Shown here in pieces: positions 9,373-19,721 of a stretch of DNA of 64,000 nt (the first letter of the stretch is position 1; each line of letters starts with the position of its first letter). The notes beneath the pieces are model-generated. The model saw nothing but the letters and a program-made list of their open reading frames with translations, ran no database searches and was not told the origin of the DNA. The stretch is taken from positions 59,131 to 123,130 of the forward strand of contig NZEC01000018.1 of NCBI GenBank assembly GCA_002688925.1, read 5' to 3'. This stretch comes from an archaeon. Its GTDB lineage: Archaea > Nanobdellota > Nanobdellia > Woesearchaeales > GW2011-AR4. The position numbers and the translations under genes are program-made.

Positions 9373-11400
9373 ATGATATCAAAAACTATGGATGACGAAA
9401 AATCGAGTGAAAATCCTGAGAAGGGGCAATCAAAATTAGAAGTATTGATTATTTCTGATAATAAAAAATATAGTGATGCCGGAAAAGAATATCTTACTAA
9501 TTTGATAACTGCGGATGGAAGCTCATTATTTGAAATTAGTAATTTGGCAATAGATGATTTAATTACAAATGGTGATCTACTAAAAGAAAGATCCAGTGGT
9601 AATAAAGATGTAAGTGTATATAGGCCTGATATTCTTTTTTTCGATATCCGCGAAAATATAGATGATAGAATAAAACTTTTGGGAGGTTATTTATCATCAC
9701 ATAAAAACTGTTTTACTATCGTTTCGATAGATGAAAGGAATTTTGATTTTTTAATTAATCATGATGGATGGAAAGATATACAAAGAAATGCAAATGGACT
9801 ATCTTTATCTCAAACTTATCGGATGATTAGTAAAAAAAATGATTATAATAAATATTTCGAAAGAGTACTAAAGGAGATTCTGCCTGAAAATACCCTATCA
9901 ATAATAAAACAGGTAAAATCAGGAACACTAAATGTAACAAAGCCAAGATATATAGATTTTACAAAATATGCCACATTCTCAAAAGAGATGAGAGAAAAAT
10001 TTGGATCTGAATTAGTAGCAAAAAGCCTGGATATTCTTGCAACATTTAATCCAGATGAAACATACAAAATGCTTAAAAAAACTCTTCCAAAATATAGTGA
10101 AGATTCAATACCTCAGCATTGTTATCCTCCTTTCAAGGATTTTATTCCCATATCTTCTGCGGAAATAATTCCTATTATAAAAGACCAGGATAAAGGAATT
10201 ACATCTGCTTATGTTCATATTCCATTTTGTATAAGTGAATGTAAATTTTGTGATTATTCTGTTGTTGAAGGGGTAAAAGAGGCTCCAGCGTATTTAAAAG
10301 ATTTAAGAAAAGAACTAGAAACTATTTTTAATTCTACTGGATGGCGTACTTTATCACCTCAAGGAATGCACATTGGGGGCGGAACTCCTAGCACTTTATC
10401 TGTTGAATTAGTAAAAGAGCTTGGAGATTTATTAACTGATTTTTTCCCTAATTATCAGAAAAATAGCCGATTATCATTTGAAATTAGCCCAGCTGTAAAT
10501 GAAGCCAAATTAGATGCCTATAAAAATATCGGGGCTTCAAGAGCAAGTGTAGGACTTCAAGTCATTAGAAATGAAGGATTATTAAAATGGCTTAAGAGGG
10601 TTTATGCTACAGGCAAAGGTGAAAAAGCTGTTCAAATGTTACTTAAAAGATGGCCAGATAATACAAACATTGACATGCTATATGGTATTCCTCAACAAAC
10701 AATAGGTTCATGGGAGGAGGATTTAACCGCTGCCATTGAATTAGGAGTTCCATCAATAACATTTTATGATTTAAGAGTTTCTCCTAGAACCAGATTTGTT
10801 GAAAACCAACAATTCCCCAGTTTTTATGAAACAATGCTTATGCGTGTTATGGCTATAGAAAAGTTTTTAGAATCGGGGTATAAGCAAGTTTCAGATAATC
10901 AGGTTGTAGATAGCCGGGCTTTAAAAGAAATCGGGAATCAACCATATACTTACAGGGATGCTAAAAAAAGGGGGGGGAGCACATTGGGAATTGGACTTTC
11001 TTCTTATTCCATATTTCCAGGTTTAATATATTCCAATATAGGTGGAAAAGATCCTCATGAATCCAGTAAAATGATGGAAAATTATTCAAATGTAATTGAA
11101 GAAGGCAAACTTCCAGTAGATATAGGCAAGATATTAAATGAAGCAGAGCAAATGTCATTATTCATGATTCAAGGACTGAAATTATCCGGCATCAATAAAC
11201 CTGCAAATGGTGTAGATACAAATCAGTTTAAAACAAGATTTGGCCAAACAATCTACCAGGCTTTTCCTCATGCAATTGCTTTGCAAGATGCAGGGATTCT
11301 TGAAAAGAAAGATGGTTACCTTGGCTTAACACACAAAGGATTGGCATTTGAACAACTTGTTCTTAAAAATTTCTATCAGCGTGGAATCAATACTGCATAG
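9373..11400 (+). CDS. HemN/HemW-like radical SAM protein with an unusual ~270-aa N-terminal extension
   Basis: YVHIPFCISECKFCDYSV is the classic HemN-family CxxxCxxC radical-SAM site, about 285 aa into a 675-aa ORF. The N-terminal domain has no recognisable motif. Confidence 0.65.
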   Translation: MISKTMDDEKSSENPEKGQSKLEVLIISDNKKYSDAGKEYLTNLITADGSSLFEISNLAIDDLITNGDLLKERSSGNKDVSVYRPDILFFDIRENIDDRIKLLGGYLSSHKNCFTIVSIDERNFDFLINHDGWKDIQRNANGLSLSQTYRMISKKNDYNKYFERVLKEILPENTLSIIKQVKSGTLNVTKPRYIDFTKYATFSKEMREKFGSELVAKSLDILATFNPDETYKMLKKTLPKYSEDSIPQHCYPPFKDFIPISSAEIIPIIKDQDKGITSAYVHIPFCISECKFCDYSVVEGVKEAPAYLKDLRKELETIFNSTGWRTLSPQGMHIGGGTPSTLSVELVKELGDLLTDFFPNYQKNSRLSFEISPAVNEAKLDAYKNIGASRASVGLQVIRNEGLLKWLKRVYATGKGEKAVQMLLKRWPDNTNIDMLYGIPQQTIGSWEEDLTAAIELGVPSITFYDLRVSPRTRFVENQQFPSFYETMLMRVMAIEKFLESGYKQVSDNQVVDSRALKEIGNQPYTYRDAKKRGGSTLGIGLSSYSIFPGLIYSNIGGKDPHESSKMMENYSNVIEEGKLPVDIGKILNEAEQMSLFMIQGLKLSGINKPANGVDTNQFKTRFGQTIYQAFPHAIALQDAGILEKKDGYLGLTHKGLAFEQLVLKNFYQRGINTA

Positions 11401-12340
11401 CCATTTTCGAAGAGTAAGTGTTCCTTAAGACTTCGAGAATATGCTCCACCATAACCAATATTCTTACATCATCATTGCTTAATTTTTTGCTTTGTTTTTT
11501 AATTGAATCTATAACTTCATTTCTTAACTCAATAAAATTTTCAGTTTTTTCAAATGAAAAATTATAGAATAAGTCATAATGTAATTTTATAGATTCAAGT
11601 ACTTTTTTTAAAATATTAACAGCTTTTGGCCCTAGTTTAATTTTAAGTTCAACAATATCTCTTGCCGCATGCTTCAGGATATCTATAACTGTATCCAATG
11701 AAGAGAGAATATTAAACAATATGATGGTATCATTATGCTTTGAATAACCGATATTGTTCAATGTTTTTAAGTTGTAATTAATCAATCTTGTGATATTATC
11801 GTGCTTGTCTTGGAAGCCTTCAAGTAGAACATAATCCTCATTTTTTGTAGCTATGTAAAGATCATTCATCGTATCTATTAGTAATAAGAATATTCTCCTA
11901 AGGATAGTATCAAATTCCTTAATTGAAGAAATAGATATATTTTTCATTATAATGAAATTTCCTCTTTCTTGGATTATATCCAAACCTTGACAGATGCCTA
12001 CTTCCTTATGAATTATTGAATTTATTGTAACTTTTTTATTAAGCCTATGGTAAAAAATATAAGGATTAGAATAAGTAAACTTTATTTGATTATAGCCTCT
12101 TATATACAGACCCCTTAATAAAAATATTAGCGAATCCTTATCAAGACCATCTACATTCACTTCAATAGTTGAAAGACTAGTTTCTTCTTCTTCCGCTTCA
12201 ATTAAAAGTTTATTGCCTTCATCTCTAATATTCAACTCATCCCCCTTTTTAATACTATATTTCTGGGCCCATTTCCTTGGAAGGGAAATTAGCTGCGTGC
12301 TATTTGCTATCTGGATTACCTTTCTCCTGATTTTAACCAC
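11387..12340 (-). CDS. AbrB/SpoVT-type DNA-binding domain protein with a PhoU-like helical domain (archaeal phosphate-uptake-regulator-like)
   Basis: N-terminus VKIRRKVIQIANSTQLISLPRKWAQKYSIKKGDEL is a swapped-hairpin AbrB/MazE motif. A long helical C-terminal region follows. Confidence 0.55.
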   Translation of the reverse strand: MVKIRRKVIQIANSTQLISLPRKWAQKYSIKKGDELNIRDEGNKLLIEAEEEETSLSTIEVNVDGLDKDSLIFLLRGLYIRGYNQIKFTYSNPYIFYHRLNKKVTINSIIHKEVGICQGLDIIQERGNFIIMKNISISSIKEFDTILRRIFLLLIDTMNDLYIATKNEDYVLLEGFQDKHDNITRLINYNLKTLNNIGYSKHNDTIILFNILSSLDTVIDILKHAARDIVELKIKLGPKAVNILKKVLESIKLHYDLFYNFSFEKTENFIELRNEVIDSIKKQSKKLSNDDVRILVMVEHILEVLRNTYSSKMAMQY

Positions 12341-12791
12341 CCATAAATTTAACTGCTTATGGCATTAAAAATAACTAAATAATGAGTACACCCTTAGTCC
12401 TTGCTAATATAAGGTAATTATAACTCATATATAAATTTTTCTTTTTTATATAAAATTTAAGGAAATTATAAAATTTAAGCATAAAATATATAAAAATAAT
12501 AGTATTCCCATATATTATAAAAATGCTCTCTTAAGAGCCAATAAAGAGGTGTCAAATTTAAGAACGGAGGTGAAAAAATGAACAGAAGAAACCTTAAAGA
12601 CTTTGAAGATATAAACGAGATTTTGGACAGGAAATTGAAAGATGAATTTGATCTGTTTTATATGGATGACACCAAAGAGAGTTTCAAGGATAATTAAATA
12701 GGGGTGAATTAAAGATAATAGGATCTGTTTTCCTTTTCTTTTTTCTGTTTTTGATAATTAAGGCAATGAATAGTTGATTGCACTATGCGGT

Positions 12792-12938
12792 CTAGTCCAG
12801 CACTAATCCGCATTTCTTGCAGTAGAATTCCTCATTAGAATATTCAATATCCTTGCTTCCGCACTCAGAGCACACTTTAGTAGGGTCTTCACTCTTGATA
12901 GTTTCAAGACTTCTTGGACTTCTTCCGGAACGCGCCAT
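12792..12938 (-). CDS. Stand-alone TFIIB-type zinc-ribbon small protein (48 aa)
   Basis: MARSGRSPRSLETIKSEDPTKVCSECGSKDIEYSNEEFYCKKCGLVLD carries the CxxC-x15-CxxCGLV pattern of the TFIIB/Brf N-terminal ribbon. Confidence 0.4.
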   Translation of the reverse strand: MARSGRSPRSLETIKSEDPTKVCSECGSKDIEYSNEEFYCKKCGLVLD

Positions 12939-13073
12939 ATAAGAATAAGTGAATTATGCCATTTTTAAACATTTCGCTAAATTTTAGTTTCATTATTATT
13001 TAAAAAAATTCAAAATTATAGATAATTTTAAATATAACTAATTTTTACAGACAAATTAATTATTTGAATTAAA

Positions 13074-13337
13074 ATGTCAGAAAACAAAGACGCATACACA
13101 ATAAAGCATAATAGGCCTGACTGCATAGGCTGTGCAGCCTGCGAAGCAGTTGCCCCTGATTTCTGGGAGATGAAGGATGACAGCAAGTCCAGCATCAAAG
13201 GAGGAAATTGCCTTGAAAACGGGCAGGAAGAGAAGGGTATTGAAGAAAAAGATCTACAAATAAACAAAGATGCAGCAGACTCATGCCCTGTCAATGTAAT
13301 CCACATAGTCAAGGCTGATGGAGAACAGATTATTTAA
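13074..13337 (+). CDS. Single-cluster 4Fe-4S ferredoxin-like protein
   Basis: CIGCAACEAVAP ... CPV arrangement resembles Pyrococcus/Thermococcus-type ferredoxins. Confidence 0.55.
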   Translation: MSENKDAYTIKHNRPDCIGCAACEAVAPDFWEMKDDSKSSIKGGNCLENGQEEKGIEEKDLQINKDAADSCPVNVIHIVKADGEQII

Positions 13338-13392
13338 TTCTTAAATTTTAATTTTTAACAAGTTTAATAAACTCTAATTCTAATATTCAATT

Positions 13393-13596
13393 ATGTCAAG
13401 TACCAAATGTCCAAAATGCAGCTCTGGTAATATAAAAACGATTAGTTATCTGGGCATAGAATGCATCATATGCAATGATTGCGGATATGATGAAACCAAG
13501 CAGTATGAAGTTTATCCTGAAAAAAATAAATCCCAGAAACAAAAGGGAAAATATACTCCTTACAAGACCGGGGGATTTAAAAGATCCAGAAAATAG
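13393..13596 (+). CDS. Zinc-ribbon small protein (67 aa)
   Basis: CPKCSSG ... CIICNDCGY (two CxxC pairs). Basic C-terminus. Confidence 0.4.
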   Translation: MSSTKCPKCSSGNIKTISYLGIECIICNDCGYDETKQYEVYPEKNKSQKQKGKYTPYKTGGFKRSRK

Positions 13597-13661
13597 AAAA
13601 CATTAAATATTAATTTAATTGTCAACAATAAATTAATATAGCAAAAAATAAGGGTGGTAAT

Positions 13662-14162
13662 ATGAAAAAATATCTTTTGATTTTGGGAGTTATTTCTATG
13701 GTAATATTGACTGCATGCGCGCAGCAATCTCAGCCAGCTGCACAGCCGGCGCATGAAAGGGAAATTGCTGTCATAGAGCCTGCTGGTGAAATGATTAAAG
13801 AGACAAAAGAAGAAACTGCTGTAGAAGAACCTGGATCTAAATCTGTTCCTCCTACAGTAGAGCCAAAAGATTTACCTGCCAAAACATCCTTAAAGGAATT
13901 TAACATGATAGCAAAGCAATGGGACTTTGAGCCATCAACAATATTTGTAACTGAAGGTGACAGGGTAAAATTAAATGTAAAGAGTGTAGATGTAACTCAT
14001 GGGATTTCACTTGCAGAATTTGGCATTAATGAAATATTATCACCGGGAAAAACAGTAACAGTTGAATTCACAGCAGACAGGGCTGGTGAGTATATATTTT
14101 CCTGCTCAGTTCCGTGCGGAAAAGGGCATGGTGGAATGAGAGGAACATTGGTTGTAGAATAA
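13662..14162 (+). CDS. Cupredoxin-like secreted/lipoprotein (type-1 copper-site-like ligands)
   Basis: Signal peptide plus Cys (ILTACAQQSQPAAQPA). C-terminal domain with ...THGISL...FSCSVPCGKGHGGM (H, C, H, M ligand pattern). Confidence 0.5.
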   Translation: MKKYLLILGVISMVILTACAQQSQPAAQPAHEREIAVIEPAGEMIKETKEETAVEEPGSKSVPPTVEPKDLPAKTSLKEFNMIAKQWDFEPSTIFVTEGDRVKLNVKSVDVTHGISLAEFGINEILSPGKTVTVEFTADRAGEYIFSCSVPCGKGHGGMRGTLVVE

Positions 14163-14171
14163 TATAAAAAA

Positions 14172-14942
14172 TCAAACAGCCATTATGCTATAGCCAGCAT
14201 CAACATAAATAACCTGCCCGGTTATGTTTTTGGACATATCAGAGCACAAGAACAATGCCATATTTGCAACATCATCCGCATTTATATTTCTTTTTAATGG
14301 AGCTTTTTGTTTTGCATGGATAAGCATCTTGTCAAAATCCCCGATTCCTGATGCTGCAAGTGTCTTTATTGGCCCTGCAGAGATTGTATTAACCCTTATC
14401 CCTCTGCTTCCTAAATCACTGGCAATATACCTTGCTGATGCCTCCAAAGCAGCCTTAGCAACCCCCATAACATTGTAATTAGGGACTACTTTCTCTGCTC
14501 CGTAATATGTCATGGCAATTACACTGCCATTATCATTCATCATAGGAACAACTCTTCTTGTAAGCTCAGCAAGTGAATAAGAGCTAACTTCCTGTGCAAC
14601 CTGATAACCTCTCCTATCCACATCATAAAAATTACCTTGTAAATGGTCTTTCTTGGCAAAAGCTATGCTATGCACTAAAAAATCAACCTTGCCAAACTCA
14701 TTTTCAACTTTATTGAAGAACTCTGTTAGCAGAACATCATCAACAACATCGCACTTCTCTGCAAGAGGATTGTCAAGCATCTTTAAGAGTGGCTTTACAA
14801 GTTGCTCAGCCCTTTCCTGGTAAGCTAAAGCAATCCTGACACCGTTATCATTCAACGCCTTGGCAATATGCCATGCTATGCTTGCATCATTAGCAACTCC
14901 AAAAACAACAGCCTTTTTTCCTTTTAGATTAAAATTTCCCAT
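14172..14942 (-). CDS. fabI: Enoyl-[acyl-carrier-protein] reductase FabI-like SDR (bacterial-type)
   Basis: GKKAVVFGVAN, HSIAFA, YNVMGVAKAALEASARYIA and SAGPIKTLAASGI are FabI hallmarks. Start placed at internal MGNFNLKGKK; the ORF extends to 15047 but its first 35 aa are non-homologous. Confidence 0.7.
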   Translation of the reverse strand: MGNFNLKGKKAVVFGVANDASIAWHIAKALNDNGVRIALAYQERAEQLVKPLLKMLDNPLAEKCDVVDDVLLTEFFNKVENEFGKVDFLVHSIAFAKKDHLQGNFYDVDRRGYQVAQEVSSYSLAELTRRVVPMMNDNGSVIAMTYYGAEKVVPNYNVMGVAKAALEASARYIASDLGSRGIRVNTISAGPIKTLAASGIGDFDKMLIHAKQKAPLKRNINADDVANMALFLCSDMSKNITGQVIYVDAGYSIMAV

Positions 14943-15129
14943 TTTCTCACCACCAAAAAATTTATTTGTTAAAGATTTTATAAAGATTCTCAAAGGATAA
15001 AGCATCATATAAAATTTTATCTTCAAAGGAATTTTTTTATTTCCCATCTATAAAAGAATTAGTAGTGGATTTATAAAGATTTTGAAAAGCAAAAGACAAA
15101 TTTTAAATACTAGTCAAATTCTTCAGATT

Positions 15130-15420
15130 CCAATGAAAATGGGTGAAAGACTAATAGAATTCTACGGGACTGAATGCGTGCACTGCAAGGAAATGGTGCC
15201 AATAATAGCCCAGGTTGAAAAAGAATTAGGAGTGAAGATTACTAGGCTGGAAGTCTGGCATGACAGCAAAAATGCAAAGCTCCTGAAGGAATATGACATA
15301 GACGAGAATGGAAATGAGTTCTGTGGGGGAATTCCTTTTTTCTACAATGAAAAGACCGGCAAGAAGATTTGCGGCAACACAAAAATTGAGAAATTAAAGG
15401 CCTGGGCAGAAGGCAGGTAA
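15130..15420 (+). CDS. Thioredoxin-fold protein (CVHC active site)
   Basis: YGTECVHCKEMVP redox motif. Start placed at MKMGERL (the ORF begins at 15082). Confidence 0.5.
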   Translation, partial: PMKMGERLIEFYGTECVHCKEMVPIIAQVEKELGVKITRLEVWHDSKNAKLLKEYDIDENGNEFCGGIPFFYNEKTGKKICGNTKIEKLKAWAEGR

Positions 15421-15477
15421 TTCTAGAAAGATTTATAAAAGATTTATTAATATTTTTATCTAATATTGAGTGTATAA

Positions 15478-16536
15478 ATGGTTAAAAAAGTTGTGGAAAA
15501 TTTCAAGGTAGAATATTTACAGGTTATGGATGAGAACGGCAAGGTAGATAAAAAGCTCATGCCAAATCTAAGTGCAAAGCAGATAAAAGAGATGTACGAG
15601 CTGATGATTCTTATCAGGACCTTTGATGACAAGGCCTTTTCCATGCAGAGGCAGGGCAGAATAGGGACATATATCTGCTACAAGGGCCAGGAAGCGTCTC
15701 AGATTGGAAGCACATATGCATTAAATGATAAAGACTGGATGTTTCCGATGTACAGGAATACTGCAGCCTATATTGCAAGAAAGCATCCTATGAGCATGAT
15801 TTTGCAGTATTGGAGCGGGGATGAAAGAGGCCTTAAAAGCCCGGATAAACTAAATAATTTTCCCTTATCAATAGGCGTTGGAACCCAGGAGCCTTATGCT
15901 GTTGGATGCGCCTGGGCATCAAAATTAAAAAAGGAAAAGAATGTTTCTTTTGTATATTTCGGGGATGGAGGAACATCAAAAGGGGATTTCCATGAAGCGC
16001 TGAATTTTGCCGGTGTTTTTAAAGTTCCATGTATTTTTATTTGCGAAAACAACCAATATGCAATTTCTGTTCCAATAAAGCGGCAGACAAACTCAGAAAC
16101 AATTGCTCAAAAAGCATTAGCTTACGGCATTGCCGGCATTCAGGTAGATGGAAATGATATTTTTGCTGTTTACAAGGCAGTAAAAGAAGCTGCTGATAAT
16201 GCAAGAAAAGGGAAAGGAGCAACATTGATCGAATCAGTTACATACAGGCTATGTGACCATTCTACATCTGATGATGCAAAAAGATACAGGTCTGATAAAG
16301 AATTAAAGCAATGGCAAAAAAAAGACCCTGTAGACAGGCTTGAAAAGTATATGAAGGCAAATAAGCTGTTGAATGATAAATACAAAGACGAAGTTGCAAA
16401 AAAAGCAAAGGAAAAAGTGGAAAAAGAAGTCAGGATTTTTGAAAATATAAAAGATCCTGATCCGGATGATATCTTTAAATTTACTTTTGAAGAAATGACA
16501 GATGAGCTTAAAGAGCAGAATGAGGAGATAAAATAA
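15478..16536 (+). CDS. pdhA: 2-oxoacid (pyruvate) dehydrogenase E1 component alpha subunit
   Basis: TPP-dependent E1alpha signatures (YFGDGGTSKGDFHEALNFA ... ICENNQYAIS). Followed directly by E1beta and E2. Confidence 0.85.
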   Translation: MVKKVVENFKVEYLQVMDENGKVDKKLMPNLSAKQIKEMYELMILIRTFDDKAFSMQRQGRIGTYICYKGQEASQIGSTYALNDKDWMFPMYRNTAAYIARKHPMSMILQYWSGDERGLKSPDKLNNFPLSIGVGTQEPYAVGCAWASKLKKEKNVSFVYFGDGGTSKGDFHEALNFAGVFKVPCIFICENNQYAISVPIKRQTNSETIAQKALAYGIAGIQVDGNDIFAVYKAVKEAADNARKGKGATLIESVTYRLCDHSTSDDAKRYRSDKELKQWQKKDPVDRLEKYMKANKLLNDKYKDEVAKKAKEKVEKEVRIFENIKDPDPDDIFKFTFEEMTDELKEQNEEIK

Positions 16537-16537
16537 A

Positions 16538-17503
16538 ATGGCGAGGATGAATGTTGTCGAGGCTATAAATTCGGCATTGGACAATGAGCTAAAAAAAGAC
16601 AAAAGAGTAATAGTCTTAGGTGAGGATGTTGGTGTAAACGGAGGAGTCTTTAGGGTTACAGATGGTTTACAGAAAAAACACGGCTCAGACAGAGTAGTAG
16701 ATACACCATTAGCTGAGCTTGGCATAGTAGGAGCATCAATTGGTCTTGCAGTAAATGGAATGAGGCCAGTAGCAGAAATACAATTCTCTGGATTTATGTA
16801 TGCTCCCTTTGACCAGTTATTCACTCATGCTGCAAGAATAAGAGGAAGAAGCAGAGGCAGATTTACAGTACCAATGGTTGTAAGGACTCCATATGGTGGA
16901 GGAATCAGGGCTTTAGAGCTGCATTGCGAATCCGGAGAAAGTTTTTTTGCCCATGCAACCGGCATGAAAGTGGTAATACCATCAAGGCCTTACGATGCAA
17001 AAGGCCTTTTAATATCTGCAATCAGGGATCCTGACCCTGTTATCTTTATGGAGCCTATGCGGGTTTATCGCGCAATAAAAGAAGAAGTCCCTGAAACAGA
17101 ATATACTGTTCCCCTAGGCAAGGCAAACATCGAGCATGAAGGTTCCGACTTAACAGTCATCTCATACGGCGCAATGCTTAAATACACAAAGCAGGCCCTA
17201 GAAAAATCAGATTACTCGGCAGAAATTATAGATTTACGGACAATTGTACCATTAGACACTGAAACAATTATTAATTCAGTAAAAAAAACAGGAAGATGCG
17301 TTATAGTGCATGAAGCTCCCAAGACATGCGGCTTTGCAGCTGAAATCATTGCAAGAATAAATGAAAAATGCTTCTTTAATTTAGAGGCTCCGGTTGAAAG
17401 AGTTACTGGCTTTGATGTTGCATTCCCATTGGCCAAATCAGAAAATCATTATCTTCCAAGTGAAAAAAGAATCTTGAAAGCAGTAGATAAAGTTATGAAA
17501 TAA
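16538..17503 (+). CDS. pdhB: 2-oxoacid dehydrogenase E1 component beta subunit
   Basis: Transketolase-like E1beta similarity (VIVLGEDVG..GGVFRVT). Start lies 2 nt after the pdhA stop. Confidence 0.85.
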   Translation: MARMNVVEAINSALDNELKKDKRVIVLGEDVGVNGGVFRVTDGLQKKHGSDRVVDTPLAELGIVGASIGLAVNGMRPVAEIQFSGFMYAPFDQLFTHAARIRGRSRGRFTVPMVVRTPYGGGIRALELHCESGESFFAHATGMKVVIPSRPYDAKGLLISAIRDPDPVIFMEPMRVYRAIKEEVPETEYTVPLGKANIEHEGSDLTVISYGAMLKYTKQALEKSDYSAEIIDLRTIVPLDTETIINSVKKTGRCVIVHEAPKTCGFAAEIIARINEKCFFNLEAPVERVTGFDVAFPLAKSENHYLPSEKRILKAVDKVMK

Positions 17504-17551
17504 TGAAAAATTATAATTAAAAAATATTAAAACCTAAAATAAAATACCAAA

Positions 17552-18781
17552 ATGGCTTTTGAATTTAAATTCCCGGATGTTGGTGAAGGAATCACTGAAG
17601 GGACTATTGTAAAATGGAAAGTAAAACAAGGGGATAAAGTTAATTCTGATCAAATCCTGGCAGAAGTTGAGACAGACAAGGCCATAGTTGAAATTCCAAG
17701 CCCAAAAAAAGGCACAATTCTTAAGCTGAATCACAAGGAAGGCGATACAATAAATGTTGGAGAAGTTCTTGCTGTTATTGGTGAAAAAGGGGAAAAAGTA
17801 AGTAAAAAGGCTCTAAAAAAGGAAGATAAAAAGCCATATACGGGCAGCGTTGTAGGATTTTTAGAGGAAGCTCCTGAAGAGGAAGAAGTATCAAAGCTGA
17901 AAAAAGCCGATGCAAAAGCAGGCAAATCCATAATAGCTGCTCCGAAAGCAAGAAAGCTTGCCAAAGAGCTTAATGTTAGCCTGGAAAATATTTCCGGAAC
18001 AGGCCCGGGTGGAAGAATAACAGAGGATGATGTAAAAAAATCCTCATCAGGAAAGCCAGCTGCAAAAGTCACAAAAAAATACGATCTATTTGGATATGTT
18101 GACAGGGTTCCATTAAAAGGTATAAGGAAGATAACTGCCCAAAAGATGAGGGAAGCTGTTAGCAATGCAGCCTTGGTAACGCACCATGACCATGTTGATG
18201 TTACTGCGCTTTCAGATTTAAGGAAAATAGAAAAGGAAAAAGCCGCTAAAAAAGGAGTTCACCTGACTTACCTTCCTTTCATTTTAAGGGCTACAATAAA
18301 ATCACTAAAAAAACACCCGTTTGTTGCTTCAAGCGTTGAAGGAGATGAAATAATAATAAAGAAATATTACAACATAGGCGTTGCAATTGACACTCCGGAC
18401 GGCTTAATAGTTCCAGTAGTAAAAGGGGCTGACCAGAAAAAATTATATGATTTGGCAAACGAAATAAACACTTATGTGGAAAAGGTCAAGAAAAGAAAGA
18501 TTGACCTTATGGATTTAAAGGGAGGGGTTTTCACAATAACAAACATAGGGGTGATAGGAAGCACTTACTTCACACCTATAGTTAATTACCCTGAGACATG
18601 CATCTTAGGAACCGGAAGGATTGAAAAAAAGGTTGCTGTCAGGGATGATAAGATTGTGATAAGAAAAATAATGCCAATATCATTCACTTATGATCATCGC
18701 GTTCTTGATGGAGCAGAAGCAGCTAGGTTTATGAATGATTTGAGAAATATACTTGAAAAACCCGAAAGTTTGGTTAAATGA
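17552..18781 (+). CDS. Dihydrolipoamide acyltransferase E2 component
   Basis: Lipoyl domain (EVETDKAIVEIPSP), peripheral-subunit-binding domain and catalytic DHRVLDG motif. Confidence 0.85.
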   Translation: MAFEFKFPDVGEGITEGTIVKWKVKQGDKVNSDQILAEVETDKAIVEIPSPKKGTILKLNHKEGDTINVGEVLAVIGEKGEKVSKKALKKEDKKPYTGSVVGFLEEAPEEEEVSKLKKADAKAGKSIIAAPKARKLAKELNVSLENISGTGPGGRITEDDVKKSSSGKPAAKVTKKYDLFGYVDRVPLKGIRKITAQKMREAVSNAALVTHHDHVDVTALSDLRKIEKEKAAKKGVHLTYLPFILRATIKSLKKHPFVASSVEGDEIIIKKYYNIGVAIDTPDGLIVPVVKGADQKKLYDLANEINTYVEKVKKRKIDLMDLKGGVFTITNIGVIGSTYFTPIVNYPETCILGTGRIEKKVAVRDDKIVIRKIMPISFTYDHRVLDGAEAARFMNDLRNILEKPESLVK

Positions 18782-18967
18782 GATTAGGCATGAATTTCTA
18801 GAAGTTATTATCAAACCAAATCAGATTCTATATGTTCCAATTTTTTATTTGAAAAACTTTGATTGCCCAAATAAATCTCTTTTCCAACTAATTTAATCAA
18901 TTTCCACCTTCATCCGAAAAAGTATATTTTTCTGAATAGCTATTGTATACTGCTTCTTTTAAAAATG

Positions 18968-19666
18968 TTATCCCAAAACTTCCTTTAACACACTCTTCTC
19001 ATCTGTTTTCATTCCAATCTTATTGAAAAAACTGCATACATTTTTAATGTCTCTTTTTAAGTATTCTTCTGCCCTTGTATGCCTTAAAGTAGTGGTTTGA
19101 GACATATCAATAAAAACAGGAGTTTCATCAAAATTCAGTATATTAAATGCAGATAAGTCCGCATGTACCATCCCTACCTTGTATAATTTTTTTATATTAT
19201 CTACAATCTTGTCAAAAAACTTTTTCTTGTTTTTTGGAATTTTATCTTTTAACTTTGGGGCAATATCATCATTTCTACCTATAAATTCCAGAACAAGGAT
19301 ATTGTTTGAGAATGTTAAAGGTATTGGAACATTAACCCCTGCTTCCCTTGCCTTGATTAAATTTCTATACTCCCTTTGAACCCAAGCAAAAATAACATTC
19401 CTTTTTCTCTTTTTTAAACTTAAATATCTTGGGTCTCCTTTAATATAATCATACATCTTGTTAAAATCGCAAGTTTCCAACCTGTAAACCTTAATCATCA
19501 ACCTCTCTTCATCTTTTGTTAATGCAGAAAAGACATTGCTTTCTTTCCCTATGCTTATTGGGCTTTCAAGACCTTTAAAATGCCCTTGTGTAATAAGCTT
19601 GAATAGAGTCCTGTTTGTAAACTCATCAAATACTCCATGCTTTGTCTTGAAAGATTCTTTAGTCAT
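18968..19666 (-). CDS. rio1: RIO-type serine/threonine protein kinase (Rio1-like)
   Basis: SIGKESNVFSA ATP loop. LVLEFIG, MVHADLSAFNIL and FIDMSQ are RIO kinase motifs. Confidence 0.75.
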   Translation of the reverse strand: MTKESFKTKHGVFDEFTNRTLFKLITQGHFKGLESPISIGKESNVFSALTKDEERLMIKVYRLETCDFNKMYDYIKGDPRYLSLKKRKRNVIFAWVQREYRNLIKAREAGVNVPIPLTFSNNILVLEFIGRNDDIAPKLKDKIPKNKKKFFDKIVDNIKKLYKVGMVHADLSAFNILNFDETPVFIDMSQTTTLRHTRAEEYLKRDIKNVCSFFNKIGMKTDEKSVLKEVLG

Positions 19667-19721
19667 TATATATAGTAAAATGCAACGAGTTTATAAAGTT
19701 TTGATTTTTTTCAGAAACAAT

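Noticed and set aside
12578-12697. 39-aa ORF MNRRNLKDFEDINEILDRKLKDEFDLFYMDDTKESFKDN with upstream ggaggtg
   Set aside because: Plausible SD but no homology signal and a tiny size. Left unannotated.
19536-19721. Upstream extension of the MnmC-like ORF
   Set aside because: The extension would overlap the divergent RIO kinase CDS by 130 bp and lacks similarity. The conserved start MKKITTK at 19722 was chosen.
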